From positions 119,164,001 through 119,228,000 of the forward strand of contig NC_043000.1 in NCBI RefSeq assembly GCF_006345805.1: a stretch of DNA of 64,000 bases. Reading direction: 5' to 3'. The DNA is from Octopus sinensis. Its lineage: Eukaryota. This document shows positions 42,267 to 54,888 of this stretch, piece after piece; within the stretch, counting starts at the first letter, position 1; the number at the start of each line of letters is the position of its first letter. A program made the translations under genes and the position numbers. The notes beneath the pieces were generated by a model. It had not been told where the DNA came from. It saw nothing but the letters and a program-made list of their open reading frames with translations, and ran no database searches.

Positions 42267-43974
42267 TCAGCGATGATGTCGGTGGCAATGGGACCCTCCT
42301 CTCCCCTCTTTTATTTTTGATGTATGGGAATAAATCTCTGAGATGATCAATATTTCTCTACACCTGGCATCTCGGCCATCTGCTCTTCACAAATCAGTCT
42401 TAGTTCATTCCATTCGGCAAGGATATAAGTGAGTCCTGGGACCGTTTCTAAATGTTTTGGCTTTATTTGGAGAAAAACCTCCAGTGTGGTTCCAAACCAG
42501 TACTTTCACCTCGTTCTCTTCACATAAAGTTTCTCTCCCTTGAAACACTATTCATGCAAGTTCCAGCAGAGATCTAGCTCTGGTGAATACTAGTATGGTT
42601 ACCTTTGTCGCCTGTCTTCCCAAATATGTGAGTAAGAGAGGAGAGTGTTCGCTGTGGCGAGCGACTGCTGAATACTGTACTACGACGAAGCCTTTAATAT
42701 TAAATAGGACTTCAACCCTGCCGAACTGTCATGTTCTAGATATATGTTGGATGTTCTATCATACATCGTGGAAGACCTTTTCTGTTTGAGCATTGGTGAA
42801 CATCGCCAGGCAACGAGCTGTTAAACTCAGCGATATAGAACATTTTTTTAGAGTAATCGAGAACAGTTAGAGCAACTTATTTTTATACTTCAGATGAATT
42901 AATTATATTGGGTGCGCATTGATGCCGTCGAGAGGTAGGCCCCGAAACGGCGCACATTCTCTCCTAATGATCCCATACACTTGCTGGCTTCCGGTATGCG
43001 GAGTTTTTTGACTGGTAGCACTTGCATGTGCGAGTTGTTTGCAAGACATTTATAATCGAATACCAATCTATAAGAAGAATTAATAATCGCATTCCGTTGG
43101 TAGCAAAACATTCAGCATAAAGTTGTATGCAAATTACTTAGGTCATAAATGTGTTCAACTCTTTTTGTATATTTCTGAGTCCTTGACAGCTAGAAATATG
43201 TTAAAACGATTATCATTCTGATAACGACTATTGCGGTAGAAACACGTCTTCACGAGTGTATCTTCTTATCTCCAAACAAGTCGCTTGTCCTTTTTTAAAA
43301 TGGCATGTCAACTTGGGACGGTTTTAGATTTCTGAGATTATCTCTTCTGTTCATAGGGATCTTGTCTAAATTGCTATTTTTTAATCATGATGCATCGTCA
43401 AGGAGTAGATAATTCTAACAAAGAACTTAGGCTGTATGATATTTGATGCACCTGTATTTGTCTACATAAGAGTGTGTATCAAATGCATTAACCATTGATA
43501 TACATAATACATTAATACTTAATTATAGTTCAGTTAGAATATTTTTTTAATTAAAACCAAATAAGTCGAATGCAGTTTATGATTGCTGCTGACTTGTGCC
43601 GAATATTAACGCTTATGACCACTGAATACTTCGTTGATTATCTTTGGTGAAGTACACTTCATTTTCCCACCTACATCGAATAGTTGCTTAATGACAAATT
43701 ACAGAATGCAACGTCAATTACTTCAACAATGCTTAATGTGAATTTTTAATGTGTGAATTTTTAAACAAAAGCAATTACACTGAGTGTGGTTAATAAGGAA
43801 AAGAAATTAACGAACTAACTTAGCATTCTTGAGAAAATAAATATCAGAAGTTTTCTTTTCTTATAATTTTAGAACTTCATATCACCAAATTGAAACTAAA
43901 AATTATTTCTTTTGTCTTGATTCAATGCTGAGTCTGAACAACAATCGAATAAGGTGAGAGATAATTAGTAAAAA

Positions 43975-44036
43975 TGTTCGTGATTCATATTCTGTCAACG
44001 TGTTCGTGATTCATATTCTGTCAACGTGTTCGTGAT
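43975..44036 (+). repeat. 26-bp tandem repeat x2.4 (TGTTCGTGATTCATATTCTGTCAACG)
   Basis: Directly visible. Confidence 0.9.
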
Positions 44037-45752
44037 GAAGATAATTATCTTTCAAAAGACATAGGACACTCAACGGAAAATAAACACAGCGGAGTAGAAA
44101 CTACTAACGCCCTAATCAACAACGACTCTATACAACTGATAAGGAGTTCATTATTTAAATGCTGAATAAATCTGAGAAAGCTATGCACTCTGACATTCAG
44201 TCAGAGACCGGTTTCCCTATCGTCCCAATGTACTTTACCAATTGGTTCAGATTCCTGATCTGATTAAGGGCTACGTGTGATTGATGGTGTGAGCAATAGT
44301 TCAATCCACATTAAACTCATCACGTGCAGGTATTGACCCCTAGGTGATCATCTTCCTCCACTTTGAGCTATACAGCAAGGTAGCTATGACCTTTTTGTGC
44401 CATCGCCCCCACCCATGGCCACATAATACCCTCAGCGCCCCCACTCCTATTTTCATGCATAAATAGATATTTTATATTTCACTAATTTATATATACTATG
44501 AATCATTTGACATTTAATATAATATTATATAATTTGATACAATGTTTGTTCCTTCTCGAGCCATGTCTGGCTCATAAAGGCCGGTTTCCCGGTTTCCTTG
44601 ACGTATAGGTTCCCCACTTGGATGGGACGCCGGTCCGTCGCAGGTGAGCTGCAAGATGCAGGAGGAAAGAGGGGGAGAAAGTTGTGGCGAAAGAGTCAGC
44701 AGAAGTTCGCCATTACCTTCTGCAGGAGCCACGTGGAGCTTAGGTGTTTCGCTCATAAACACACACATCGCCCTGCTCTAACCACTAGGCCATGTGCCTC
44801 CACAATTTGTATACGACAAATTATAAATTCATAGCGTCTCCCAATCCACTGCCTTCCCTCAACGTCTCCTTTTTCTCTACCGGACCCCCTACCACCTCCT
44901 TAGGCACCAGCGCCCACCTGGACCGTCTCAACGTCCACGCGGGGTGGGGGCAGTAAACTGAACCTATAAGATGGATACTTTGAGAACCTATAAGATGGAT
45001 ACTTGCCATGTCTTATGTTTTATAGTGCAACATAGTCTCAGAGTCGGAAAACTCTGATTTAGACTTGTCTCACTGAATACATTATGAATTAGTGAATTAG
45101 TGTTAAATGCTATGACAATAGTGGAATGAGAGTCATATATACTCGCTCTCCAGATAGACGACATGTTTGCGTTTATTTGTAGAATTGAATTCCAGCGAAT
45201 TAGTTTCGATTTTCTGTTGTAACTAATTCTGTTTAGATTTTGTGTCTGCGACAAAGGAACTGGAACAACTGTGCTCACAACTTTAGCAGGAGTTTTTTAA
45301 TGGTGCGATTGAAGTAACTTATATCCAGGACGACATATTTAGGGGAAATATAAATAGAGAATTCTATTGTGTCTGGGGAAAGTCATTTTCTTTTTGTGCC
45401 TAATTATGTAACACACTCACCGGTAAAATTTCCACGTTTTTCTTATTTTTATTTTACTAAAATTTTCGTTGCGTCTTGCAACCTTTTCAATAGTTTTGAC
45501 CAAATCCAAAAACGAAATAAGTAGAGAAGATTCCCTGATAAAGTAGTTTTGAGGGGGAAGTTTTTGAGGAGAGCACTTATTGAGGTATAAGGGTGGGGTT
45601 GGTTGCAAGAAGAGAAAGTAGGAGAGATGAGTATTGAGAATGACTCGAAGTGAAAGAAATATGTAATTAACTAGTTCACGGGAGTAAATTCAGTTTTAGT
45701 AGCTGAAGAAGTGCATGGAAAAAATAGCGTATCTGCAAGCGTAGGGATATCT

Positions 45753-45982
45753 GTTTCTTTACTACCCACAAGGGACTAAACATAGAGGGGACAAACAAGG
45801 ACAGACAAACGGATTAAGTCGTTTAAATCGACCCCAGTGCGTAACTGGTACTTAATTTATCGACCCCAAAAGGATGAAAGGCAAAGTCGACCTCGGCGGA
45901 ATTTGAACTCAGAACGTAACGGCAGATGAAATATGGCTACGCATTTCGCCCGGCGTGCTAACAATTCTGCCAGCTCGCCGCG
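45753..45982 (-). mobile_element. SINE family A copy with 14-bp TSD
   Basis: GCGTAGGGATATCT at 45739-45752 and 45980-45993. Confidence 0.9.
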
Positions 45983-46569
45983 TAGGGATATCTTTAACCA
46001 ATATTCCAGGAGCAGTGGAATAAAATTTGTTAAATCCGAATTTGTGAAAAATTTGTTCCCTTTCGAAAAAAAGCTAACGTGAGTAACCTGACAATTTGTC
46101 CTTTACATCCAGAAAATACAAACATCTTGGAGAGGATAAAAATATCAGCTTTCTTGTGAACCGATTAATACAGAGGACAATTTGATAGTTATCTCCCACT
46201 TATTTCATTTTCTCTTTCTTTTTCTACTTTACTTCCTCTTTTTTCTTTTCTACTTTTTCTTCTTTTTTATTTTCTTTCCTTCCTTTTTTTTCCTTTTATC
46301 ATTAGTGTATTTTTATTTACTTATCTTAATCTTCAATTTTAATTTTGATTTTAAATACCTCCTCCTTTTGGGGGCTTACTTGTAATATATTCCTTTTTAT
46401 CATTCGCAATTTCTATTCCCACACATATTCTGTATATTTTTTCACTCGCTTTCACGCAGAGTTTTTCGATTCAACTATTGTTTACATTTATTTCTCCGCT
46501 ACGGTCAAATCCCAATAGCATCCAATCATACAATAAAATTTTCTCTGACACACCTACTACACGTATCGT

Positions 46570-46792
46570 ACTCTTTTACTTGTTTCAGTCATTTGACTTC
46601 GGCCAAGCTGGAGCACCGCCTTTAGTCTAGCAAATCGACCCCAGGACTTATTCTTTGTGAGCCTAGTACTTATTCTATCGGTCTCTTTTGCCGAACCGCT
46701 AAGTGACGGGGACGTAACACACCAGCATCGGTTGCCAAGCGATGTTTGGGGGACAACCACAGACACACAAATGTATACACACACACACACAC

Positions 46793-46863
<71 letters not shown>

Positions 46864-46904
46864 GTGTGTGTGTGTGTGTTGTGTGTGTGTGTATATATAC
46901 ATAT

Positions 46905-46992
<88 letters not shown>

Positions 46993-47365
46993 ATATATAT
47001 AATATATATATACATAGCGGTTACTTAGCGGTTCGGCAAAAGAGACCGATAGAATAAGTACTGGGCTTACAAAAGAATAAGTCCCGGGGTCGATTTGCTC
47101 GACTAAAGGCGGTGCTCCAGCATAGCCGCAGTCAAATGACTGAAACAAGTAAAAGAGTAAAAGAGAATACATATATATATATATATACATATGCATATAC
47201 ACGACGGGCTTCTTTCAGTTTCCGTCTACCGAATCCACTCACAAAGCTTTGGTCGGTCCGAGGCTATAGTAGAAAACACTTGCCCAAGGTACCACGCTGT
47301 GAGACTGAACCTGGAACCATGTGGTTGGTAAGCAAGCTACTTACCATTCAGCCACTCCTACGCAT
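46570..47365. mobile_element. SINE family B minus-strand copy split by a plus-strand 3' fragment
   Basis: 3' half (-) at 46570-46790, 3' half (+) at 47020-47165, 5' half (-) at 47200-47365. Confidence 0.8.
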
Positions 47366-48104
47366 ATAGATTTGGGTTTTTTTTAGCTCTATGTGAGAGT
47401 AGCATGATTTTACATTAAGAATATTTTTCATTTGGTTTCCTGAAAACTTTGTGTAACCTAATTGTTAAATTAATTGTAATAGCAAAATACTCAACGGTAG
47501 TAAAGAAGATTTTCAGGACAAAAGTTCTAAAAGTGGATGATGTTTTATTCCTTATGTTAGCTATAAATAAAATCACCAATGGCCGCATCTTAGGGAAATT
47601 ATATATGTACACAATCCTTTATCCGGAAATCTAAAATCCGAAAAGCCCCCAAAACCGACCTGTTGTGGAGCGCGTCATAACAGGGATCATTTGCTGCGCA
47701 AACAGCTGCCCACCGTGTTCCGACTCATTCAGGCATGACGTGGAAATGCTTAGCAGGTCGGCCACCACTTACCACCAAGCGTCAGTTGTGGCTCAGTACT
47801 CGTAGAGAGATGTCCAAATGCTGTTCGCTGTATTGACTTTCCGGAACCTGCGGTTGCAAGGCCTTTTTGGATTACTAATCTTTTCCGAACTAGGGATAGT
47901 CACTTCGGTCAATACACACTAGATTAAAGAAATATTAAATTTCCTTAAGTGATTAAATGAAATACAGTTACCTCTACATTAATGAAAATTAATTCGGCTT
48001 ATAAGAACTTCCGGATCATCAGTGGCCAGAAAGTCGATATCGTACTTGCACACACATACATATATATTTTTTTTTTTATATATATGCATATATATATATA
48101 CATA

Positions 48105-48267
48105 TATACGACGGGCTTCTTTCAGTTTCCGTCTACCAAATGTACTCAAGACTTTAGTCGGCCCAAGGCTACAGTAGAAGATACTTACCCAAGGAGCCAC
48201 GCACTGGGAATGAATCCGGAACCATGTGATTCGTAAGCAAGCTACTTGCCACACAGCCACTCTTACG

Positions 48268-48270
<3 letters not shown>
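48105..48270 (-). mobile_element. SINE family B 5' half
   Basis: ACGACGGGCTTCTTTCAGTTTCCGTCTACCAAAT...CCACACAGCCACTC. Confidence 0.8.
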
Positions 48271-48334
<64 letters not shown>

Positions 48335-48450
48335 ATCACGTGATCACGTCACCGACCAGTCCATCAGATGTAGTTACACATCGCTGGTCACAATGCATTC
48401 GCATTGTTTTAGCCTTCGAAGGACGCCACCCCACTGGCTAAGCGAGCAGG

Positions 48451-48547
<97 letters not shown>

Positions 48548-48786
48548 ATATATATATATATATGTGATGAACCAACTTCACGGCAGGAGGTGCAGATGAG
48601 GGCAGCTGCATCGAACTCTCTCATGCATCAGATGGCGTTTGCTAAAAAGCATCCGTGAGGTAAAATCGTGTAGCAAACCAAATGGCGGTGCCCCAGCATG
48701 GCCACAGCTCATTAGCTGAAACTGGAAAAATCAAAATCAAATCATATATATATGTATATATATATGTATATATATATATATATATG

Positions 48787-48846
<60 letters not shown>

Positions 48847-48888
48847 TGTGTGTGTATATATATATGTATATATATATATATGTATATA

Positions 48889-48929
<41 letters not shown>

Positions 48930-48948
48930 TATATATATATATATACAC

Positions 48949-49020
<72 letters not shown>

Positions 49021-49505
49021 CAATTAGAGGTTATGATAACCTCATGAAGGGATGGTGTCATCCAATGAAATACTGGTTCAATACTTAATATTTGGGGGAA
49101 AATTGATTTCCTTAGAATAATAGATTTGTATATAAACTGTAGCTTATGTTCATGTAAAGGAAGAAGAAAATGGAGATTTTGGGGGTTAATAAGAGTTTAT
49201 TATCAGCAACAAATCAGCCTTTATCCTTTAAGGCTGTTTCAGTTATGCACAGTGAAATTAATTAAATATTTAATTCATATTTCTGGGCATAATCTCTTCA
49301 GAGGGAAAAAAATATACACTTCTCGATGAGTCTTTATATAAAAGAAACTTTGTAAATAATAAGCAGAAAACGCGTTTACAGATCAACTACTTTATTAAAG
49401 CCGAGCAAAATTCAAATGAAATACATTGGACTAGATAGAATCTAGTCGAGAATAAGAAATATATAGAATGGATGAGCCAAAAGTCACGCGCCAAGACTAC
49501 TGACA

Positions 49506-49575
<70 letters not shown>

Positions 49576-49576
<1 letters not shown>

Positions 49577-51402
49577 GTTTGACTCTTGCTTTGTATTTGT
49601 ACAAGTTGGCTCCAAGTCTCACCCAGAGACCTCAAAAGCCAACAAGCTGGAAGTTCATGTTGGTGTTCTGCCTAGGGTGACATATATTTGGTTTGGTACA
49701 TAAGGTTGTTCTAGAGAATATTTAAGAAACCATAAGAAAATTATGTTTGTTTTAAAATTTGAGATTACAAAGAAAGTATTTTGCGTAGGATATGAGCAGT
49801 TCCCATGAGCACTATCTTTTGAATTTCTGCCATTTTGGGGTTTCCTGGTATCTGAGTTAGGTAACCATCAGCCCCTTTTGCTATCATTCCTAGGGCAACT
49901 ATGACAAAAGGCATTGTTTTAGTCTTCAGGTTCCACATTTTGCTAATTTCTATTTCAAGATCTTTATATTTGCTCAGTTTCCGGTAGGTCTTGACAGACA
50001 CGTTTATATCGATTGGGACACTCATATCAATGAGGAGGCATGATTTTTTTGAAGTCTCTCAATATGATGTCTGGCCTATTCGCATCTATCTTTCTGTCAA
50101 TTTGAATGGCGAAGTTCCACAGGAGTGAGATGTGATCATTTTCAAGCCCTGGAGGTGGTTTGTGTTCCCACCAATTTTTATCATGGGGCAAGTCCAGGCT
50201 TTTGCAAATTACCCAGTGAATATATTGTGCTGCTCTATCATGCCTGTTGAGATAATCTGTAGGCGCAAGAGGACTGCATTTGGAGACAACATGATCAATG
50301 GTTTCATTTCGTTGTTGACATACACGACATGTTGGGGATCTGCCGTTCTTTAATATGTTGGCCTGGTAGTTCTTTGTAGGCAGTCATTGATCTTGAGCTG
50401 CTATGATAAACTCTTCTGTTTCTGATTTTAAGCCAGAAGCCATCAGCCATTGATGGGTAAGGACTTTGTCAACATCGGCATTATTTGCTTTCTTTGGGTA
50501 TTTGCCATTGAGAGGTTTTTCTTGCCATTTATCAATCAGAATATCTAAGGCCGCAGTTTTAGCACGGGTTTTCATGCGTTTAGCTTTTTCTGCGTTTGTT
50601 TCTCGTACGTCTAATTCTGGAATTTGTTGTATTCGGAATTCACTTAGATATTCCTTTGCCTGTTTTGTTACTGAATATGATGCTTTCTTGTTTTCATGTT
50701 TTGAGACACGTTTTAACATCCAGTCATTAGAGTTTTTCAGGTAGGTGTCTATGTCAATTGTGGCAATCTTCATTGATAATGCCAGTTGTAAAAGTCGGTG
50801 GCCATCCTCTTTTCTTAGCGAGTAATTTTGGTCTATATCTGCCTTAGAGTGGTGCATTCTTTGCATTGTCAACAATCGTATTTTTCTGTCAAGATTACAT
50901 ATTTCAGTAATTGACCAAATAATGATATTGAAACTGTAAGTATTGATCACTTGGATCCTGTTTCTTGCATTCAGCTCTGCCTTGAGTATTGTCCTTACCT
51001 TACGATAACATTCGCTTCTGACCTTTTCCCTCATCACTGAATTCCGTCCCCTTCAATTACCCCTAGGTATTTGTAGCTCTCCGCTGGTTCTAACTCCTTT
51101 ATGACATTCTGCAGATCAAGGTAGACGTTGGATGTTTCTGTCATTTTCCCTTTGATAAAGGTAGTTTTTGCACATTTATCGACGCGAAATTGCATCCTGA
51201 TGTCGTCACTAGTAAGCCCTGTAGATGTTGATCATTTTTTGCAAAGAGCTTTAAATCATCCATGTAAATGAGATGATTTATATTTTTATCAAACATTTTA
51301 TAGCCGTATTGTACATCATCGAGCAATTTCGAGAGAGGTGTTAAGGCGAGATAAAAGAGGGGTGGTAATAGAGAGTCACCTGGAAAATGCCACATGAAAT
51401 TA
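49576..51402 (-). mobile_element. 5'-truncated R4/Dong-clade non-LTR retrotransposon (RT + CCHC + REL endonuclease), decayed
   Basis: GIFPGDSL, HLIYMDDLKLFAKN, KYLG, ELNARNRIQ.INT, HQWL..SGLKSETE, NRPD..IDMSVP..KYKDLEIE..MW..GALG; (TAA)n on both flanks. Confidence 0.88.
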
Positions 51403-51465
<63 letters not shown>

Positions 51466-51870
51466 GATATGAATCTTGTTCATCACGTACAAGTACGTGT
51501 ATGTTCATCATTGGCAGTCACAACTGACAAGTGCCTTAACCCCTTGGGAGTCGTTAGAGCGCTGAGCCATGCAGCATACCTAGGGCGAGAAAGTCAGGCG
51601 GAGCCCATCCCTCACCAGGCGAAACCCATTTCTGCAGCTGAGTGGACAGGAGCAACGTGAAATGAAGTGTTTTTTGTCGGGAACGCAACAGATCGCCCGG
51701 TCAAGGGATCGAAACCCCAGCCTTACGGTCGTGACTCCAACACTCTAAGCACTAAGCTACGCGTCTCCGTTTGTTCATTATTATTTTATTCAATTTTAGA
51801 AAAACTGAAACATGTCTTCGACAATTCCGGGGTTTATTGAACTTATTTTGTGCGTGAATTTTGGCCCACC

Positions 51871-52005
<135 letters not shown>

Positions 52006-52169
52006 GTGTTTATACCCCTCCAATACGTGACACCCTGTGCTTTAGATTGTCTGGTAGAATAAAATAAAGTTAATAAAAGTCGCTTAGATTAGAAATATAG
52101 AGACTCTGAGAAAAATTAGTGTATGAAAAAAAAAACGTTCAAAAGATCTGGAAAACAAACTATGTGATT

Positions 52170-53146
52170 TTAACACTTCCAAGCGTCGAAGTTTGAATTA
52201 TTTTTCATTTTCTGCGGATTCTTTATCCATTCCAAAGCCTTTGATATGCTCAATATCCAAACATTTTCTATTTCAGTAATTTCTTCTAGAAATTGTTTCA
52301 AGACTTCAAACTTATACGGTTCAGTAAGAACCCAATTCACATGAAGAAACAGACCAGCTGGAGCACGAGTTGTATAATAATTCTTGTATAACGCTTCCTT
52401 CAAAAACTTGACATATTTTTTTTTGTTGTTTGGTTGATCACAACCATCGTAGAGAGAACAAGGTTTTTTATTGTTGTCATACCAACGATTTACGGGTATT
52501 TCCCAAAGGCCAGGATAGGACTTTGTTGGGCATTTCTCATTCATACAAGCCTTGCCTGAAACGCCGGGCTTTTCTTGTTCAAGCTTACTCTTTAAAGGAG
52601 TATCTAGTGTGAATGGCCAGTACTGTTCTCTGCCCTGATCGTTGTCTGTACCCATAACTATCGAAGAATCCCAAACATACCCCAAATCTTTCAGGACCTG
52701 AAATTGAATGTCACCTCCCATTTGAAGAAAAGGTGAACGAAAACCTTTAATGTCACTTTCAGGAATGCCAGATTTTTTAACAAGGTTATTTTTTATTCCG
52801 TTTATTTCGTCTCGGTATTCATCATAAGTCTTATTACTCCAAGAAGCGACTGGAAATGCATGGGACATGGTGTGACTGGCCATTTCATGTCCATCGTTGT
52901 ACATTTCTTTTGAAAAAGTATAATTATTTTCACCAGAAATAAAAAATGTGAAGCTGATAGGACATCCGTTAGGGTTTTTTAATTCAGACTTTGACAATTC
53001 TCGATAATATTTAATATTTTTTTCAGTGAAGCCGTCGTCAAAAGTAACCAAAACTATTTGTGGAATTTCATCGCGTGAAAATCCCTTCGGCATTTCACTT
53101 GTCACGCCTTTACATTCAGGGAGTCGACAGTCGGCGACAGAAAGCC
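52170..53146 (-). CDS. CDA-B exon 2: diverged chitin deacetylase catalytic domain, intact
   Basis: ORF 52170..53105 extends to acceptor TTTTTCTCTTTCCTCTCTAG| at 53147 (phase 1). Motifs: TFDDG, NPNGCPI, GHEMASHTMSH, RSPFL, WDSS, WPFTLD, YPGLWEIP, LFLH; ends FDAWKC*. Confidence 0.93.
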
Positions 53147-53354
53147 CTAGAGAGGAAAGAGAAAAATGTATATATTATCAATATGGTACTCCGAAATTAA
53201 ATATAATACATTATGGCAAATTTAATTAAAGTATCAACAAGAGAAAACTACTTATACATTTCGTTTTTGTATTTGGTTTGCAAGATTCTTTATGAGAATT
53301 CGTGTGTTGAAGCATATTTTATTGTGTCTGAAGAGAGAGTCGTTTTCTTTTAGT

Positions 53355-53642
53355 ACCGACCAAAGTCTTGTGAGTGGATTTGGTAGACGGAAACTGAAAG
53401 AAGCCCGTCATGTATGTCTGTGTGTGTGTGTATACATTTGTGTGTCTGTGTTTGTCCCCACAACATCGCTTGACAACCGATGCTTGTGTGTTTACGTCCC
53501 CGTAACCTAGCGGTTCGGCAAAAGAGACCGATAGAATAAGCACTAGGCTTACGAGGAATAAGTTCTGGGGTCGGTTTGCTCGACTAAAGGCGGTGCTCCA
53601 GCATGGCCGCAGTCAAATGACTGAAACAAGTAAAAGAGTAAG
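53355..53642 (+). mobile_element. SINE family B (5'-truncated) in the CDA-B intron
   Basis: GACCAAAGTCTTGTGAGTGGATTTGG...GACTGAAACAAGTAAAAGAG. Confidence 0.85.
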
Positions 53643-54249
53643 TCGACCATTTTCTATATCCATCTCTTTTTTTAATACCTTCAAGCCACGAGGTATGATT
53701 TCATTTGACTATCTCTGGGAAAAGACTCGCTACATGGCAGGAACATCGTGATTTTTGGCCTCTTTTGTATCTTTCAAAGATCTGTTAAACGAAATTGTAC
53801 CTGCTAAAGTATTCTCGCTGGTTCAAAGAAATAAAATGACAGATATTAATTTCAGAGAGATTTGGTTGATATTTCTTGCAGTTTAAACAAACGTGTAGAG
53901 ATGCCCTTGATGGTTTCAGCTGTTTGTGGTTGTGTTGGGATACATTATCTGTTTCATTTGAACTCGTTTGGGATTTAGATAAGGTGATCGAACAGAGACT
54001 TTGATCACTATTTCTTACCATCAGTATAGCATCATAATAGTGGATCTTAATTTTTAATATCTAAAACAATTTTCATCATCCTTTTAGAGTGGTTTCAGAA
54101 CTTGAAGCAAATTAAACTGTCGTACTTCACCACGTTAAAAAATAATGTGGAAGTCCCGAGGTGGCTGCTTCGGTCCTTGCCTTAGCTAGAATCTAATATT
54201 TCACAAATAGATATATGTTCAATGTATACATTAAAATTTGGACCAATAT

Positions 54250-54620
54250 TGGTTTGAAATTTTGGTACGAAGGCAGCAATTTTCGAGAGGGGCAAGAATA
54301 ATAACAGTATAACCGTTGTGAACGACAAAAGCAATAAAGTCCGTTTATTGAATGACCTAAGCATACCTTGTGACCATAATATCTCGGCAAAAGAATTTGA
54401 TAAGCTCAGAAAATATAAAGATTTGTTAATCAAAATCGAAAAGATGTGGAATCTCAAACCGGTTACAATACCAGTGATTGTAGGAGCACTTGGAATGATC
54501 GAGAAAGGCACTGAAAATTATTTAAGAATCATCCCTGATTTACTATCCATGCAGGAAGCACAAAAGATTGTCTTAACTAGTACCTCACACGCATAGAGAA
54601 GAACATGGTCGCTGTGAATT
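54250..54620 (+). mobile_element. R4/Dong-clade endonuclease (3' end) fragment in the CDA-B intron
   Basis: DLSIPCDHNISAKEFDKLRKYKDL..IEKMWNLK.VTIPVIVGALG (ORF 54318..54596). Confidence 0.8.
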
Positions 54621-54804
54621 TTTCCTTCGTTTTTCCACCATCATTTTCTTTGTTTATTTTTCTATTTTTTTATGTTTTCCTTTTTCGCTTTGTCTTCTCC
54701 TTTTTTTCTATCACATGACACCGTAAAAATGATCAATCTGGTGTATTTGTTTTACTGGCCTAGCAAAGTATAAGGTTTCTCTCCCTAGGTGAAATGCTAA
54801 TGAA

Positions 54805-54887
<83 letters not shown>

Positions 54888-54888
<1 letters not shown>

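Noticed and set aside
45050-45350. Possible gypsy RT remnant (YIQDDI)
   Set aside because: Only one short motif; surrounding frames could not be aligned to RT motifs by eye.
54018-54061. Minus-strand mini-exon candidate with strong ATG|GTAAGA donor inside the CDA-B intron
   Set aside because: Only the phase 0-0 frame is open, which is incompatible with the phase-1 acceptor at 53147.
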